This document shows positions 28,160 through 42,559 of a stretch of DNA of 64,000 nt, in pieces; the stretch's first letter is position 1; each line of letters starts with the position of its first letter. The notes below the pieces were generated by a model. That model was given only the letters and a program-made list of their open reading frames with translations, was not told where the DNA came from and did no database searches. The stretch comes from Octopus sinensis (Eukaryota). The DNA lies in assembly GCF_006345805.1 (NCBI RefSeq), contig NC_043006.1, positions 56,048,001 through 56,112,000 on the forward strand, given 5' to 3'. The position numbers were made by a program, and so were the translations under genes.

Positions 28160-28189
28160 CCTTGGATGAAATTCATAAGCATTTCATGC

Positions 28190-28323
28190 ATCGCTACGCG
28201 CGTTTCCACATATCACATGTCTCTAAAGACCACCGCCCGTGTTCCTGGGATGCTTACAGTATAGTCCGTAGTATCCGTGGACATCGGGTAGATCATCTCC
28301 ATAGATTCATTTCTTCAGGCGAT
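28190..28323 (-). ncRNA. Type-I hammerhead ribozyme motif with a ~105-nt stem-II insert
   Basis: Minus strand: ATCGC-CTGAAGA-...-GAAAC-GCGC-GTA-GCGAT. Stem I is ATCGC/GCGAT and stem III is palindromic; stem-II closure is unclear. Confidence 0.6.
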
Positions 28324-29079
28324 ATAACATAAGGGATTTTTACTAGAAGGACCTTTATCCCTTTCGACTAGTGCGGAGGTTGATTGAGTTATGTGGGTAT
28401 TTCTGTTTGTATTTGGTAGCGAGGAAGAGAAAGTGATGGAAAAAGAGAAGGGAATGGTAGTTATATGGGGAAGGAGGTGTGTGTGCTGATGTTGGACTTA
28501 TTTTGCTATTCAGTCTGCAGATATCAAGAATGGGTAGTACGTTCCTTTGTTCGATCTCATTTAAGGCACGACTATTTTCAATAAATTGTGAAGTAAATAG
28601 GTCAGCTGGTACATACACTACTACCATTAGCTGTAGGAGATCATTGTCTGAATCGATAAATGATACTTTCTTAGGGTGATCTTTTAGATGTTTCTGGTGG
28701 TAGAGTGGTATAATGAATATCATCCTAAATATTGGTTTATTTGTTTGTTTGTTTGTGTTCCTTCTTATGCTAAGGGAGGTTGATTGTATTCCGTTTCAAA
28801 ATATGTTTTTCAGATTCCAAAAACATTATATGATCACCTGGGAGTGTCTACTTATCATGTTTTCTCTTGATGTAATGATTTCTATCGGTATTTGCAAAGG
28901 GAGGTCATCCTTCCCTCGTCAACCTAAGTGATACGCACTGACTGCAGTTTCTGGGTATTGACTCGATAGGGCACAGAAAGTGTGCCAATAGACAGCTGGA
29001 GAAGATGTTCTCCTGGGGCTACAAGCTACAGTAACATCCACCCTTAGTGATTAGCCATATTTAGATGGCAAATATATTT

Positions 29080-29234
<155 letters not shown>

Positions 29235-29529
29235 GTATATACTGAAAGTAAGGATCCAACCAAACCATGCAACGACGGAGTATTCCCTACTAATGAGCTT
29301 GTAATTTTTAAAGCGAAGCTAGTCTAGTATATTGATCTAGCTTCACTGTGGGACGGTTATCTCCCCTGTCAGTATATGAAAATGTGCTTTCTTGCAGTTG
29401 TAACTGGTTTTAACTCTTATTTCTTGCAATATAGGTTCTACTCGATACCCCCAGTCGCAATTACAGACAACTGAACTTTTCCTTTTTCCATTTTGGTTCT
29501 GTATTGCGTTTTATATTGCTGCCTTTGTT

Positions 29530-29576
<47 letters not shown>

Positions 29577-30189
29577 GGACAAACACACACATACACACAC
29601 AAACACGTAATATACACACACACACACACACGCGCACATATATATGTATATAATACATAAATATATATACAGATGCATACGTTTATATCCACATACATGC
29701 ACACATATATGAGAGTGGGTGCGCGTGTGTATGTATGTGTGCGTGTGTGCGTGCGTGTGCGTATATGTGTGTGTGTGTGTGAATGTGCGCTTGCACAGTA
29801 ATAGTTGTCTGTTGATTCTCTTCATTAATGCTCAGAATTTCAAATACGAGTTATACACGTCAGAATTCATTTGGTGATTGGTTAAAGCGGGGGAAGGGTA
29901 TCGGCAACTTTCCGGCAGGGCTAATATCATCGATTAAGCCAAATTAGATCACAAAATAATTAGAAGACTTAAAATATTATTAGTATCTAAAGTTCTGTAG
30001 CCTAAATATAAAGTAGTCAGGCCAAATTTACACTCATTGGAGCAGTTGCCTTTGCACGGTTGTTCAACTAATTGGCTATAGATTCGAATTGGTTGGACGT
30101 AAATTTTAATCGGTATTTGATCATGAATGATTTACAGAAGATTCGAGTGTAAATGGAAGCCGTCCGGTCGTAAGCTTAGTTTAGCTTGA

Positions 30190-30500
30190 GGTTAGCACTT
30201 TTGCTTTATTGTTCCTTCTCGAGCCACGCCTGCCTCATAAGGGCCCGTTTCCCGGTTTCCTTGGCGTATAGGTTCCCCACTTAGACCGTCCGTCGCAGGT
30301 GAGCTGCAAGATGCAGGAGGAAAGAGTGAGAGAAATTGTGGCGAAAGAGTCAGCAGAAGTTCGCCATTAACTTCTGCCGGAGCCGCATGGAGCTTAGGTG
30401 TTTCGGTCATAAACACACACATCTCCGGTCTGAGATTCGAACCCCCGATCACTCGACCTCGAGTCCGCTGCTCTAACCACTAGGCCATGTGCCTCCACAT
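30190..30500 (-). mobile_element. tRNA-derived SINE about 140 nt upstream of the gene B acceptor
   Basis: Minus strand has A box TGGCCTAGTGG and B box GGTTCGAATC, followed by a non-tRNA body. Confidence 0.7.
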
Positions 30501-30667
30501 GGCCTTCCTTTATTATATTCACCAAACTTGCTTTACTGTGATACAGTGTGACATTTAAAATAAAGTAAAGATTTAGCTACTTTGCATCAAGACTCAGTCA
30601 GATATAATTCTTTTCTTTTACTTTTTCTTTCTTTCAGAATTTCATCAACAATTGCGATATTCATATC

Positions 30668-32154
30668 ATGGAAGGACTGAAATATATTTTCATAATTTCT
30701 CTTTTAAAAATTTACGTTCTTGCGGAAGATCCGATAATTGATACTACCACTGGAACGATTAAAGGATCCACATTCTCAGTTCAGAATGTTGATATTGATG
30801 TCTTTCTTGGAATACCATTTGCCAAACCTCCTGTTGGTAATCTAAGATTTAAAAGACCAGAGCCAATTGAGCGGTGGAGTGGTATAAAAGAAACTAAGAA
30901 ACATGTTTCATCGTGTATACAACTTGTTGAAGCATTTGATCATATTGAAGGTGCAGATTCGTTTAAGGTTAATACTAATATAAGCGAAGACTGTCTTTAT
31001 TTGAACATTTGGGCGCCAACAGAAGCTCGAAAGTCCCATTCAAATTTAGCCACAATGATATGGATATATGGGGGTGCACTTGTTTCTGGGACAAGTACGC
31101 TAGACGCATACGATGGACGATTCTTAGCTGCCAGTCAAAAGATTATCGTTGCATCACTTAATTATAGAGTTGGACCCTTTGGTTTTCTTTCCTTAAATGA
31201 CGAACGTGCTCCAGGCAATATGGGACTACTTGATCAAACCCTTGCAATAAGTTGGATTCGTGATAACATTGCATCATTCGGCGGAGACCCTGATAAACTG
31301 ACACTGTTTGGACAGAGTGCTGGTGCAATAAGTGTTAGTTTTCATGTTATGTCACCAATTTCTCGAAAAATATTCAGGAATGCAATTATAATGAGTGGGA
31401 TAGCTACCACTGATTGGTCAGTTAGGTCAAAAGAGGGAAATATTGAAAGAGCGAAAGAAATGGCTGCCTTCTTGAAATGTCCAACTGAGAACGATAAGGT
31501 GATGTTAGATTGCTTTCTAAATGCCGATGCAAACAACATATCTATGGGACAATATTATAATTTCAAGAACATCACAGAATTTCCTTTTGCTCCTATTATA
31601 GATAACTATTTCTTACAGGAGAAGCCGAAAGAAATTGTACAGAATAAAAAAATGAAAAAGGATGTGATGATTGGTTTTCTTAAAAATGAAGGAAGTTTGA
31701 TGATTCTAATAAGATACCCCGAATATTTCGCTCCAAACACAAATGTTCCTGTAAACAAATCTGTCGCACACAAAATGATGAGAAATCTAATCGAACCAAA
31801 ACAATTAAATTCTCTGCAGTTGGAGTCCATCTCGCATCTTTATGGTTCTCATGTCGATACCTCTTCTGAAACTGAAAAATACAGATACATATTAGACCAA
31901 GTAGCGGGTGATATCATGTTTAAATGTCCTACTATTAACTTTTCCAAGGAATTTAGTACCTATTCCAATGTTTATATGTATTCTTTTGAGTATCGACCAA
32001 AAGTTATGCCCTGGCCGGAATGGATGGGTGTGATACATGGAAGTGATGTTTATTTCGCGTTTTCCCAACTATTATCGGATGAAAAATATTCACCAGAAGT
32101 CAAATTTGTGTCAAAAATGCTGTCAAGTTATTTTGCAAACTTTTCCAAATCAGG
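30668..32154 (+). CDS. Cholinesterase-like gene B, first coding exon (uninterrupted; spliced protein about 591 aa)
   Basis: Open frame with signal peptide, SEDCLYLNIW, WIYGGAL, GQSAG, NEG and WMGVIHGSD. Acceptor ctttcag ends at 30637; donor GG|gtaaga. Confidence 0.95.
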
Positions 32155-32469
32155 GTAAGAGTTTTATCTTTTAACCTTTTGCTTTATCTTTTAACTTTTT
32201 TTATTTTCAACTTTTTATCTCTTATCTTATAACCTTTTTTCTCGTTTATAATCTCTATATATCATATTTATTCACTCCTTACCTTCATATACGCTTTTGT
32301 TCTTTCCGACACACAGGCAAACACACACACATACATACATGCACAGTTACACACACACGCATACATACGCACATAGTCATATGCATATGTATACACACAT
32401 ACATATGGGAATGCACACATATATATGCACATACACACACATACACACACGAACATATACACACACACT

Positions 32470-33380
32470 CAGGCAATGCATGTGGGCGAGTGTTGCAAGC
32501 ACCTTGTCATGGCACCACTTGTATCTTCCTCGAGTAAGTGCTATTTTGCATCCTGTAAAGATGTGTGCCAGGATGCCCTTTTCTCAACAAAGTCTTCACA
32601 GCTGGTCTCCCTCCAACTCCATATGTGCAGGTTTGTTGGAGTTGGGAGTGCGTCATCGTCCGCAACAGGAAAAAAGGTACGGAAAGGTTCCAGTCTCCAG
32701 AGGTCTGTCTATGTGTACTTCCTTTTAGGGAGATCCCATTTTTCGAGGCTCCTTGAGATCCCAGCCCCACAAATCTTGACCTTCGTCTTTCTGCCTCCAG
32801 GTTCCGTACTTCTGCTTGGATCATGTCCCTCCTCTCCTATACGTTCATCTTCTCCAACCGAGACCTTTCTGCATGCAATTCTAATGATGTCATGTAGCTT
32901 CAGCAGGCTTTCAACCTATGCAACTGTGGTACTCTCCACCTGCTTTGGCCTGAGCCTTGTTGTGATACTTGCATGTCAGGCACGCTCATCCTGGGGAGTA
33001 CCTGTACGTCATTATAACTCTATATTTCATAACTTGGAATTCTCACACCACGGATGATAGGGGATGTTGAAGCTGTCCAGATCTTATGTACATGCCAATT
33101 GAAGTGAATCTCGAGGGGGACATCTAGCCACCTTCGGTAGAGGTGGTGGAGGTATTTGTTTACCTTTCTTTCCACTCTTTCTACTCTTGTCACTGAAATC
33201 TCATACACTGTCAATAACTATATGAATCTTGTGAGTAGTTTGTGTTGTTAGAGCCATGCTTTGAATTTTTCTGGAAACCCTGATTTTTCAGTCCCCCTCA
33301 GCCATTCCTCTACTTGTTTCTCAGTATTGGTGACGTTCCTTCTGTCAGAGAGTGAATTGTTAAGCCTCTTTCCAAGGTGA
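32470..33380 (-). mobile_element. HERO-like non-LTR remnant in a gene B intron
   Basis: LTVYEISVTRVERVERKVNKYL..RRWL and MIQAEVRNLEAERRR...; many frameshifts. Confidence 0.6.
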
Positions 33381-34379
33381 AATTTAAATACTAGAGTACA
33401 GAACGGACAATTTCAGACTGACGATCGTTTGTAAGAACAGAATTGCCGTATTGGAAATAAGACTTTATTCAACTTCTTTGACAGATGCGGTAGACAAATA
33501 ATAATTTTCGCCAGCGAGTTGAGAATGAGTTAACGACAACGACATGATGAAGTTTGGTAATGAAAAGCTAGTCAAAATTGTTACGTATAAAAAAATACAT
33601 ACATGTACAGCATGCATATTTTCGTAAAAAATGTATACTCAAACAACATAAGCATGCATACACATAGTTCATTGCATTCTCACAATTCAAAGCATTTGAT
33701 TGAATTTTCCTCTATTGATGGAATAGCCTCTCCTTGCACTTGCAGCTTGATGTTCGTTAATTTGCCACGTCTGATCATCATACTTTTAGATTTTCGGGAT
33801 ATAATCGTCATTGTAGCTCATGTTACCGTGTGCTCAAGTGAAGTCAGTACCTGTTCCTCTACCATATCGGTTGTAGTTGTCACTGTAAGATCATGCATGA
33901 AACTCCTTATTGGATGTTGTTGGCCACCTGATCCTATTGTTCGTCCTTGGACTTCTTTATCAGCAGCTGTTATGAAGAGATTTCAGCTGCTAAATATCGT
34001 CTTGATCTTTGTTTGAATCAAGTCTGTTACACTCTCAATGAGAAGAATAGTGAAAATGCGAGTCTGACAAACGGTGACCACTCCTGTTCACCGGGAAGAA
34101 ATGGTTGGAGATGTCACCACCTCGGTATATGTCTGTGCTTCATTTCCCATAGCGTGCTCGTTGGGTGCAGACAGCAAAGGGAGTACTTAACCAGTGGAAC
34201 ACTACCTTCCGCAATTAAGGGAAGAACAGATACTCCGGAGCTATCAGACTTGAATTTGGTTAAGGCACGGCAACCAACAGGTAATATATGGCGGAATCAA
34301 AATAAGCGTTTACCACCTCTTCTAAACTTTCCCGAGATATCTTTCTCTTAGTCCTTTTCCGAGTGAGACTGGCCACTTT

Positions 34380-36100
34380 ACTCGTCATTTTGTCCCATTT
34401 CGTTTCCACCTGGAAATCTAGATCAAACCAAGCCCCTCGCTATTTAACTAATCCGTCCATCTAGTGCTTTTGGATGGCATGAACTTGCCATTTAAGGTGC
34501 CAACCTACCGGCTCACTGCCATTTCCTGACTAGCTGAGTTTTGCTCCTCTCAGCGCCTCGTAGTTGTTCAGATCAGTGCTGATAACTTTGATGTGCTTGG
34601 TATCGGACATTATCACGATGAAGTCATCTGCACATACCGATACGGTTCTCTCACGTCCCAGTCTGCGTGGGATATACCTCATCATCTCCATTTTCCGCAG
34701 TTGGGACTTAGGAGTCAGTCTACCGAAGAGACAAGCTTGACAGACTGAGCACGCGATACGATAGCTGATCATTCACTCTAACTACCGAGTATATGTTGTT
34801 ATAAGTTGCGACAATCCAACCTTCGAAGGCAGGACCGAAACCGACCGCAGCTACCAAGTGCTGTTGGGTGACTCTATGGAAAGCTTTTGAAAATGATCGG
34901 GGATATACCTATGCCAGGGTCTGTACCCACTCTCACTGTGTATTGCAGAAGGAGGAGCCTGTGGATAAATCTGTTCAGGATGGAACATCTGAGCATTACT
35001 AAGCAGACGATTGACGATAAACGCCAACCTCTTTGTTAAGATTTCGGACAAAATTTTGAAATATGCGTTTAGCTGAGTTATGGCCCTAAAATTATCCATG
35101 TGATTCCCTGTCTCGGTAGTTATCTGCCAACTGGCCTCCAAACAAGTTTGGAATATAAAAATAAATCTCGTTGGGCAGACCATCCAAACAAATGAATTGC
35201 ACCCCAACCTCGTGCAGCCAATCACCGCTTCCCGTATTTCTGCGACTGTTATCAGTTTTTCACATCACTCCACCTATCTTGCCGAGAGCTGTGGTAGAAC
35301 ACCGAAGTAGGCCCTGAGATTCACCCTTCCCTCTACCCTGCCATTCGTTCCGAACAATCGGCCGAAGTGCTATTGAAATGTTGCACACATCTGCTTGGAC
35401 TCGAGGAACACAACAATTAGGATCTACTAAAATCAATATTGAAGATATGTTGCTACATTGTACCTCCGACACTTGGGATTACCAATCGGCTTCATTCCTT
35501 AGCTCTCTCAATGCAACATTCGTGCTTTGTGTTGATGAATTGGTCGAGGGTCAATCTCCCCAGAGAACATCGGTTACGATAGCTCCCCTAAGTGCCTCTC
35601 CTAAGTTACTAAGTTGCCCTGTATTATATTTTTCTATCGCTACGAGCTTGCACTCTAATTGCCCTTTACAAGACCAACCACCGGTTGTTATGGCTTATTG
35701 ACACCATCACCGCCCACATTACTAATTCGCTAATCAGTTCCCTGTAAGATTGGCTCCCCGGGAGTGATGCCTTCAGCTTCCATTAACTGAGACTCTGTCT
35801 GCTAAAGCTCTCTAGGTTGACCGTACAGATAATAAATTTGTGGTCTGTGTGGATGATGATATTAAAATGTGGACAACCTGTGCAGTCGTTATTTACTGGC
35901 CAACATAATACTCTATCTACATACGACCTAGATGATCTGATGCGATTTGTCCCTGTATTAGTGTATTCAGATAATCCAGTTCACACTTGCTAGACAACTA
36001 CAAAAGTCTGACAGGATTGCGAGGCTTTCACAAGCTGTTCTCATATCAGGTACCTTTTTCTAATCCAAACGTACATCTAATAAGCTCTTTCAGTCGCCTG
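34380..36100 (-). mobile_element. Old Tx1/L1-like LINE remnant in a gene B intron
   Basis: NFRAITQLNAYFKILSEILTKRL and VSVCADD resemble ORF2 at 50677-54066. Confidence 0.7.
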
Positions 36101-36693
36101 CTATGACTAAAGGGCGGGACACTCCTAGCGAAACCTCTAAGTACCTGATGAAATCCTGCTGTCCCTCCCCTGTTGGAGCATGAAAAGTTACTAATCTGAC
36201 GGCACCCCTTCCCTGCTGCTTACATCCAGGACCACCAACTTAGCTGCCGAGGAGTAGGATCAATCAAATTTATGCCAGTATTACACAAATTCTTAGTTTA
36301 TAGTCCACGAGAATATATATAAGGATAAATTGAATTTGTTTATTATTGTAGATTAAGAAAATAATGGGATTAATCACCTCAAAGAGTTTTAATCAAACAC
36401 AACTAATTTTGTCATCTCCCAACTTTTACTTGGCACCTGTGACCTGTTCTAAAATTGGCACATGGCTACTTATTTGAGGTAAGGATATAATAGATAAAAT
36501 CGATCTTGGTACTTGAATATTATGTTACCTATCCAGGTAAAATGACAGGTGAAGTTGATCTTGACATGATTATGAATACAAACAATAATGGGGCGTATAG
36601 AGTTACTGCGAGACATCATGTCTTACATTCTAAAGTTTTCAACAAAATATCTATTTTTAATTACCTAAAATGATACCACTTTATTTTCTCTAG

Positions 36694-36878
36694 TAATCCT
36701 AATAATGGAGATTGTTCTGATTGCTCATCTGAACCATGGTCAAAGTATACACCAGAAAGCCAGAAATATCTTGTAATTGATGAAAAACCAAGGATGGCGT
36801 CTAAGGAGACTTCTCTGTACAGTATATGCAGTTTTTGGTCAGATCTTCTCCCGCAATTAAAGGAACCTTCTTGCCCAG
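36694..36878 (+). CDS. Gene B second coding exon (NPNNGDCSDCSSEPWSKY...ICSFWSDLLPQLKEPSCP)
   Basis: Acceptor ttctctag|T, donor CCAG|gtaact; phases 2 and 1 are consistent with the neighbouring exons; paralogous to 5826-6009. Confidence 0.92.
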
Positions 36879-37019
36879 GTAACTTCCAATATTTCTTCCT
36901 TTTCATCTTCTTTGTTGTCACATATTCATGAACACATACAACACACAGCACAAAACACACACACTCACATACACATGTGTACATATGCATGCATACACAC
37001 ATATACACACATATAAATT

Positions 37020-37740
37020 AATAAATATCAGGAGATTATCTAGAACAAAAGAAATAACTAATAAGAACCATATGATGGTATCTGGACAGATAATCACGCA
37101 CGCTAGAAAGAGCAGCAATGAGAGAGTAATTATTCAAAACAGAGATAGTAACCAAATGCATAGCAACAGAAAAATTAATGACAGAGATGTAGTGAGTACT
37201 AACTAAAACATTATAACGGAATGTAATACACAAAATCTCGATAGTCAAAACGGATAAATAAATTAGAACATAAAAAGAATAATTGTAAGAATATAAATGA
37301 GCAAGTGGAAAATAGAGATAAAGAAAGTAGAGTTAGAGATATGTGATTGCACAACAAATAAATTATGCCCGTTAGAATAGAAACAATGTACACGTGTAAG
37401 GTAATTTCTGACGGACAAGTATATTTCTACATCGATACTAGCGAGACATTTATTAAACGCAGAATAGCTAATCATGAACTTTCGTTTAGGGATAGAAATA
37501 AGAAAAATAACACGAGTTTGAGTAAATTAATTTCGTCGATAAAAGATAATAATAAAGCATATACAATTAACTGGAAGAAAATTAGTATAGCCAACCCATA
37601 TAGTAGAGGAAGCAAAAGAATTGTGCGGTGAAGAAATTTATCAAATTTTTACATCAAAATATAAATTAATTAACCACAGACAGGAAAGTACACTCAGATG
37701 TGTTTCTCAATCGAAGTATACATTTAACATTTAAATAAAT
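37020..37740 (+). mobile_element. Penelope-like GIY-YIG remnant
   Basis: MYTCKV...FYIDTSETFIKRRIANHELSFRDRNKKNNTSLSKLI...YTINWK. Confidence 0.75.
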
Positions 37741-37937
37741 GTATGATACGTACTACTAAAATTAGAATTAGAATTAAGTAAACCATTACTAAAAAAGAAC
37801 CTAAATAAATCAAAACTCATACATAAATTAAGGTTGATAGTAAAGAGTTGAAAATATAGTCTAAGTTGAACAAAATTAACTGCAAGAAAAATATTAGATT
37901 AATTCTAAAATTAGCGAATAAATCACAGATCCATAGT

Positions 37938-37983
<46 letters not shown>

Positions 37984-38011
37984 ACCACCACTACCTCTAC
38001 TACTACTACCT

Positions 38012-38059
<48 letters not shown>

Positions 38060-38685
38060 ACTTGATACATCGAAAAATAAGAAAAAGAACAATTCCACAT
38101 TGCGAGAATGTTAAAGTAGAATAAGAACTAGAATCTGAAAACATTTGTGAGTGTTGACGTAATTTCAGGACAGTAGAAAGTATTCCTTACCGGCGAGATT
38201 ATTGAGCTAGTTAAAAAGTTCATGAAAAAATACATGTGATTATTTCTAGTAACGCTAACACCAAACAAAAGAAGAATTTTGGTTGTGCTTATAATATATT
38301 CAAATGATATCTGATTACCAATTATTTTGCATCCCGATGAAGCAGTGGCTATAATTAGCACTAAGTTGTACACTTTGCAGTGTGCACCAGATTGCAGCAG
38401 ATATGCGCGTAGGTTCTGATAAAGAAAGATGTGATTAACTGTATAATAAAACTTGGATGTGTTAAATGTCTGTTCTCTTGTTATTTATTAATTTACTATT
38501 TCTTCTTTACTGGTACTATGTAATCTCCATCAGGACATTTGGATTCATCTAAGTGAGGATTAACTGAGTATAGTAAACTCAACTAATATTCACTGAAGTT
38601 AGCCAACATTGTTAACAGATAAAGAGCGACCATGGTACATGCTTGGATTATATATCCCTTCGAACCATTTTGGGAAATTTACCTT

Positions 38686-38736
<51 letters not shown>

Positions 38737-39441
38737 CTAAATCTCTCTAAAGGAGAGATACCGCAGCAGTACTGGGCATTATTACTTATCGCCAAGCTAA
38801 CGTGGCAGTCCAGAGTGATTGGACGTATGTTGCCGTTAATTAGCTCGAAGAGGCTATCGCATCCACCTGGCTAAGTGACACAAATCTGCGTCCATATATA
38901 TATATATATATATATGTATGTATATGTGTGTGTGTTTGCGTGTGCGCGTGCGAGCATTTGTGTGTATGTATATGTGTGTGTATATATAAATAAATATATA
39001 TATATATTTAAATCACAATTTATGGATTCAAGTAATCCTGTAGTACACATATGGTTTGTTTCATTGTAAAAACCATATAGAGTATATAGTAATATACAAA
39101 AGAGAAACATCAGGGTGTATTAAATCAAAAATAGCAGAAAAATATGTAGAGAAACTAATATTAACAAAAGTAAAACCCTAATATTATGACAAACAGGCAA
39201 ATCACTTATTTTATCGTATTTAACAATAAATTACTTAAATTACTCTTTACTCTTTTACTATTTTACTTGTTTCAGTCCTTTGACTGTGGCCATGCTGGAG
39301 CACCGCTTTTAGTCGAGCAAATCGACCCCAGGACTAATTCCTTGTAAGCCTAGTACTTATCCTATCAGCCTTTTTTACCGAACCGCTAAGTTACGAGGAC
39401 GTAAACACACCAGCATCGGTTGTCAAGCGATGCTGGGGGGA

Positions 39442-39488
<47 letters not shown>

Positions 39489-39913
39489 TGTATATAAAAT
39501 CGCAAATTTTATATAACCTGCTTTTGCGGAAGGGCTGTTTCAACGAAATCGTGTCTCGCCTTTACCTTCGAAACGCGGAGTAGATGAAACAGAGGCGGCT
39601 GAAGAGGGGGAATTTTCCTTGTGTTGTATGTCTTGTACTCTATTTTTTTGTTGTCCATTTCCTTGGTTTTGTGTGTATGTTTTCGTTTCACATTGTGTTC
39701 GACGTTTTTTGGTGTCCTGTACCCATATATGCATGTATATATACATATATATGTAGGTAGTACATATATGTATGTATATATGCATATGTTTTATTTATTA
39801 ATTTGTTATTATATACATATATATATATATATATATATCGTTAGTGGATCATATATCCGAAAAAGAAGCACACATCTAATAGTTAGTGCAGCAAAGTATT
39901 TAGCTTCATGTAA

Positions 39914-39986
<73 letters not shown>

Positions 39987-40334
39987 GCTCGATGATGTAC
40001 AATATGACTACAGGAGAGAGTGCATGCTATTAAAGAGGTCTCAAAAGGTTCTTTGTTCTCCCTACTCCTGAACGTGAGGTAGAACAGGTGTTACAGAAAT
40101 CTTCCATTGAAATCGTTGTCTGTTATACCCATGTGGTGTTTCTTAATTCCATCACATGGCATTAAGGGTGGCACTTTAGAATACAGCCTTTGAGAGCAAA
40201 GTCCTCCAAGAGAGTAATTGGTTGGATTTCAGCAGTTATATATAGCACAATATACAATTATCTCATATCACTGCAATATGATAAACCTAATAACAAAATT
40301 AACGATTATTGATTCATTCCCTCTTATTTTTCAG

Positions 40335-40438
40335 TAGCCGGTGAATCACAGAATGATTGGACTTTCCAGTTGAAAATTCTGACGTCTGTCACAGCCATTC
40401 TCTTCATTTTGAAGTTGTTTCAGAAATTTTTGTTTTAA
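40335..40438 (+). CDS. Gene B last coding exon, GPI-signal-like tail (V)AGESQNDWTFQLKILTSVTAILFILKLFQKFLF*
   Basis: Acceptor ttatttttcag|TA (NAGNAG: cag tag); in-frame TAA at 40436-40438; homologous to 11028-11134. Confidence 0.82.
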
Positions 40439-40558
40439 TGATACTTGAGTTAATTACCTCAATCAGTATTAATATTGCCACTTTATCTCATTAGTAAAAT
40501 CATTAGCATCTTTCGTATTTTGTATCTATTAAATGAAAAAAGATAATATATATGTATG

Positions 40559-40626
<68 letters not shown>

Positions 40627-40940
40627 GTATGTATATGTATATGTGTGTGTGTGTGTATGTGTGTCAATTATATATATCTGAATATTACTTAGATATTTAT
40701 GTTGTGAAGACACTACTCATACTTTGCCAATCAATGCTCAAGTCTACTGTCACCAATTAGAGCGTTTGAAGAAAAGAAAGACCCGCTTTAGTGATTTGAA
40801 AAGGAGTGATGTTTCATTAGGACAATGCGCGACCCCACATTGCAAAAATCACATCAGAGAAGATCGAAGAGCTTTGCTCCTTCAGTAGTTTTCAGAATCA
40901 TTTAGGGGACATTCATATAGGTATTGGTGTATATTTGTAC

Positions 40941-40976
<36 letters not shown>

Positions 40977-40980
<4 letters not shown>

Positions 40981-41303
40981 GTTAGAGCGTCGAGCTTACG
41001 ATCGTGAGGTTGTGAGCTCGAATCCCGGACCGGGCTGCGTGTTGTGTTCTTGAGCAAAGCACTTTATTTCACGTTGCTCCAGTTCACTCAGCTGTAGAAA
41101 TGAGTTGCGACGTCACTGGTGCCAAGCTGTATCGACCTTTGTCTTTCTCTTGGATATCACTGGTGGCGTGGAGAGGGGAGGCTGGTATGCATGGGCGACT
41201 GCTGGTCTTCCATAAACAACCTAGCCCGGACTTGTGTCTAGGAGGGTAACTTTCTAGGTGCAATCCCACGGTCATTCATGACCGAAGGGGGTCTTTACCC
41301 TTA
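40977..41303 (+). mobile_element. tRNA-derived SINE
   Basis: tRNA-like head AGTGGTTAGAGCGTCG...TCGAATCCCGG, then GTGTTCTTGAGCAAAGCACTT. The same head recurs near 47845. Confidence 0.65.
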
Positions 41304-41534
41304 TGCATGTGCATGTATTTGTTGCCCACATGCATGTACATATGTGTATGCAGAATAATAATGTAATAACTCTATATTAACTGTATGATATATGAATATG
41401 ATAATATGAATATTGACTGTGATTTTAAAATTAATAAGCTTACATCTTTCATAAATATATGTTTATATTATATTATAGTATATTCTATTTATGAATTTCT
41501 TATACTATGCATTGTGAAGTGAAGAGTACACAGA

Positions 41535-41587
<53 letters not shown>

Positions 41588-41769
41588 TTAGTAATAATTA
41601 AATATTATATGTGTACTCATGGATGTGGATGTATATGTACGCTCCAGTATATATAATTAATTGTGTATATGCTTGTATGTATGTAAATTATATCTATTTA
41701 TATATTTATGTACGCGTATATGTGCATATATGTGATTATGTATGTATGTATATATATATATATATATAT

Positions 41770-42438
41770 AAAATAAATATAAGAGAGTGGTCACTATATG
41801 GCTCACTCTAGCACCAGTTAATCCAAAAGGTTTCAACCACGAAAATACATGTTTCCCATGAAAGTCAGTACGATTGTTAGCTCACACGGACAGGGCAAAT
41901 AAAAAATAACAAAAATACAGATTATTTTGGGACAATTGTTTCGCTATTAATGAATTAAATGTAATTTTACTTACAAAAAAAATCCATTTGTAGCTCGTCA
42001 GCCAAAACTATCTGGATGAAATCCACTCAATCACACGCCAGATTTTACCATAACGATAAATACGCGTGTGGTTCAATTGATTACATCCGACGTTATAATT
42101 CAAATGCCCCAACTAACAGCGCGCCAAACTTTCACGGAAAACAAATACAGCATTTAGAAATAAATGCAGCATAATTATAATTAATTAATAAGGGTGAGAG
42201 AATTAGATACTAATTTAATACTAATTTTTTTTTGTAAGTAAAATTACATTTAATTCATTAATAGCGAAACAATTGTCCCAAAATAATCTGTATTTTTGTT
42301 ATTTTTTATTTGCCCTGTCCGTGTGAGCTAACAATCGTACTGACTTTCATGGGAAACATGTATTTTCGTGGTTGAAACCTTTTGGATTAACTGGTGCTAG
42401 AGTGAGCCATATAGTGACCACTCTCTTATATTTATTTT
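41770..42438. repeat. Near-perfect inverted repeat with ~213-bp arms (41770-41983 and 42226-42438)
   Basis: Direct reverse-complement match. The right arm carries only the GAAAC-AATT-GTC half of the hammerhead. Confidence 0.9.
41925..42007 (-). ncRNA. Type-I hammerhead ribozyme, intact core
   Basis: Minus strand: TTTTGG-CTGACGA-GCTA-(AU-rich loop)-TAGC-GAAAC-AATT-GTC-CCAAAA. Stem I 6 bp, stem II 4 bp, palindromic stem III, GUC cleavage triplet. Confidence 0.85.
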
Positions 42439-42559
42439 GTAAAAATATTATAATATGTTATAAAATATTATAATAATCCAGGTTTCTCGGAGCACTAGGC
42501 CACTTGGTGTTGAATAGATATACTATTAAATTAGTATCTAATTCTCTCACCCTTATTAA

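Noticed and set aside
30420-30500. tRNA gene candidates (also near 40977, 47845 and 60970-61045)
   Set aside because: A/B boxes are present but no complete cloverleaf, and most continue into SINE bodies.
39520-39620. GCGG-CTGAAGA-GGGG and nearby GAAAC motifs as a hammerhead
   Set aside because: No GAAA-stem III-NUH follows on the same strand in the required order.
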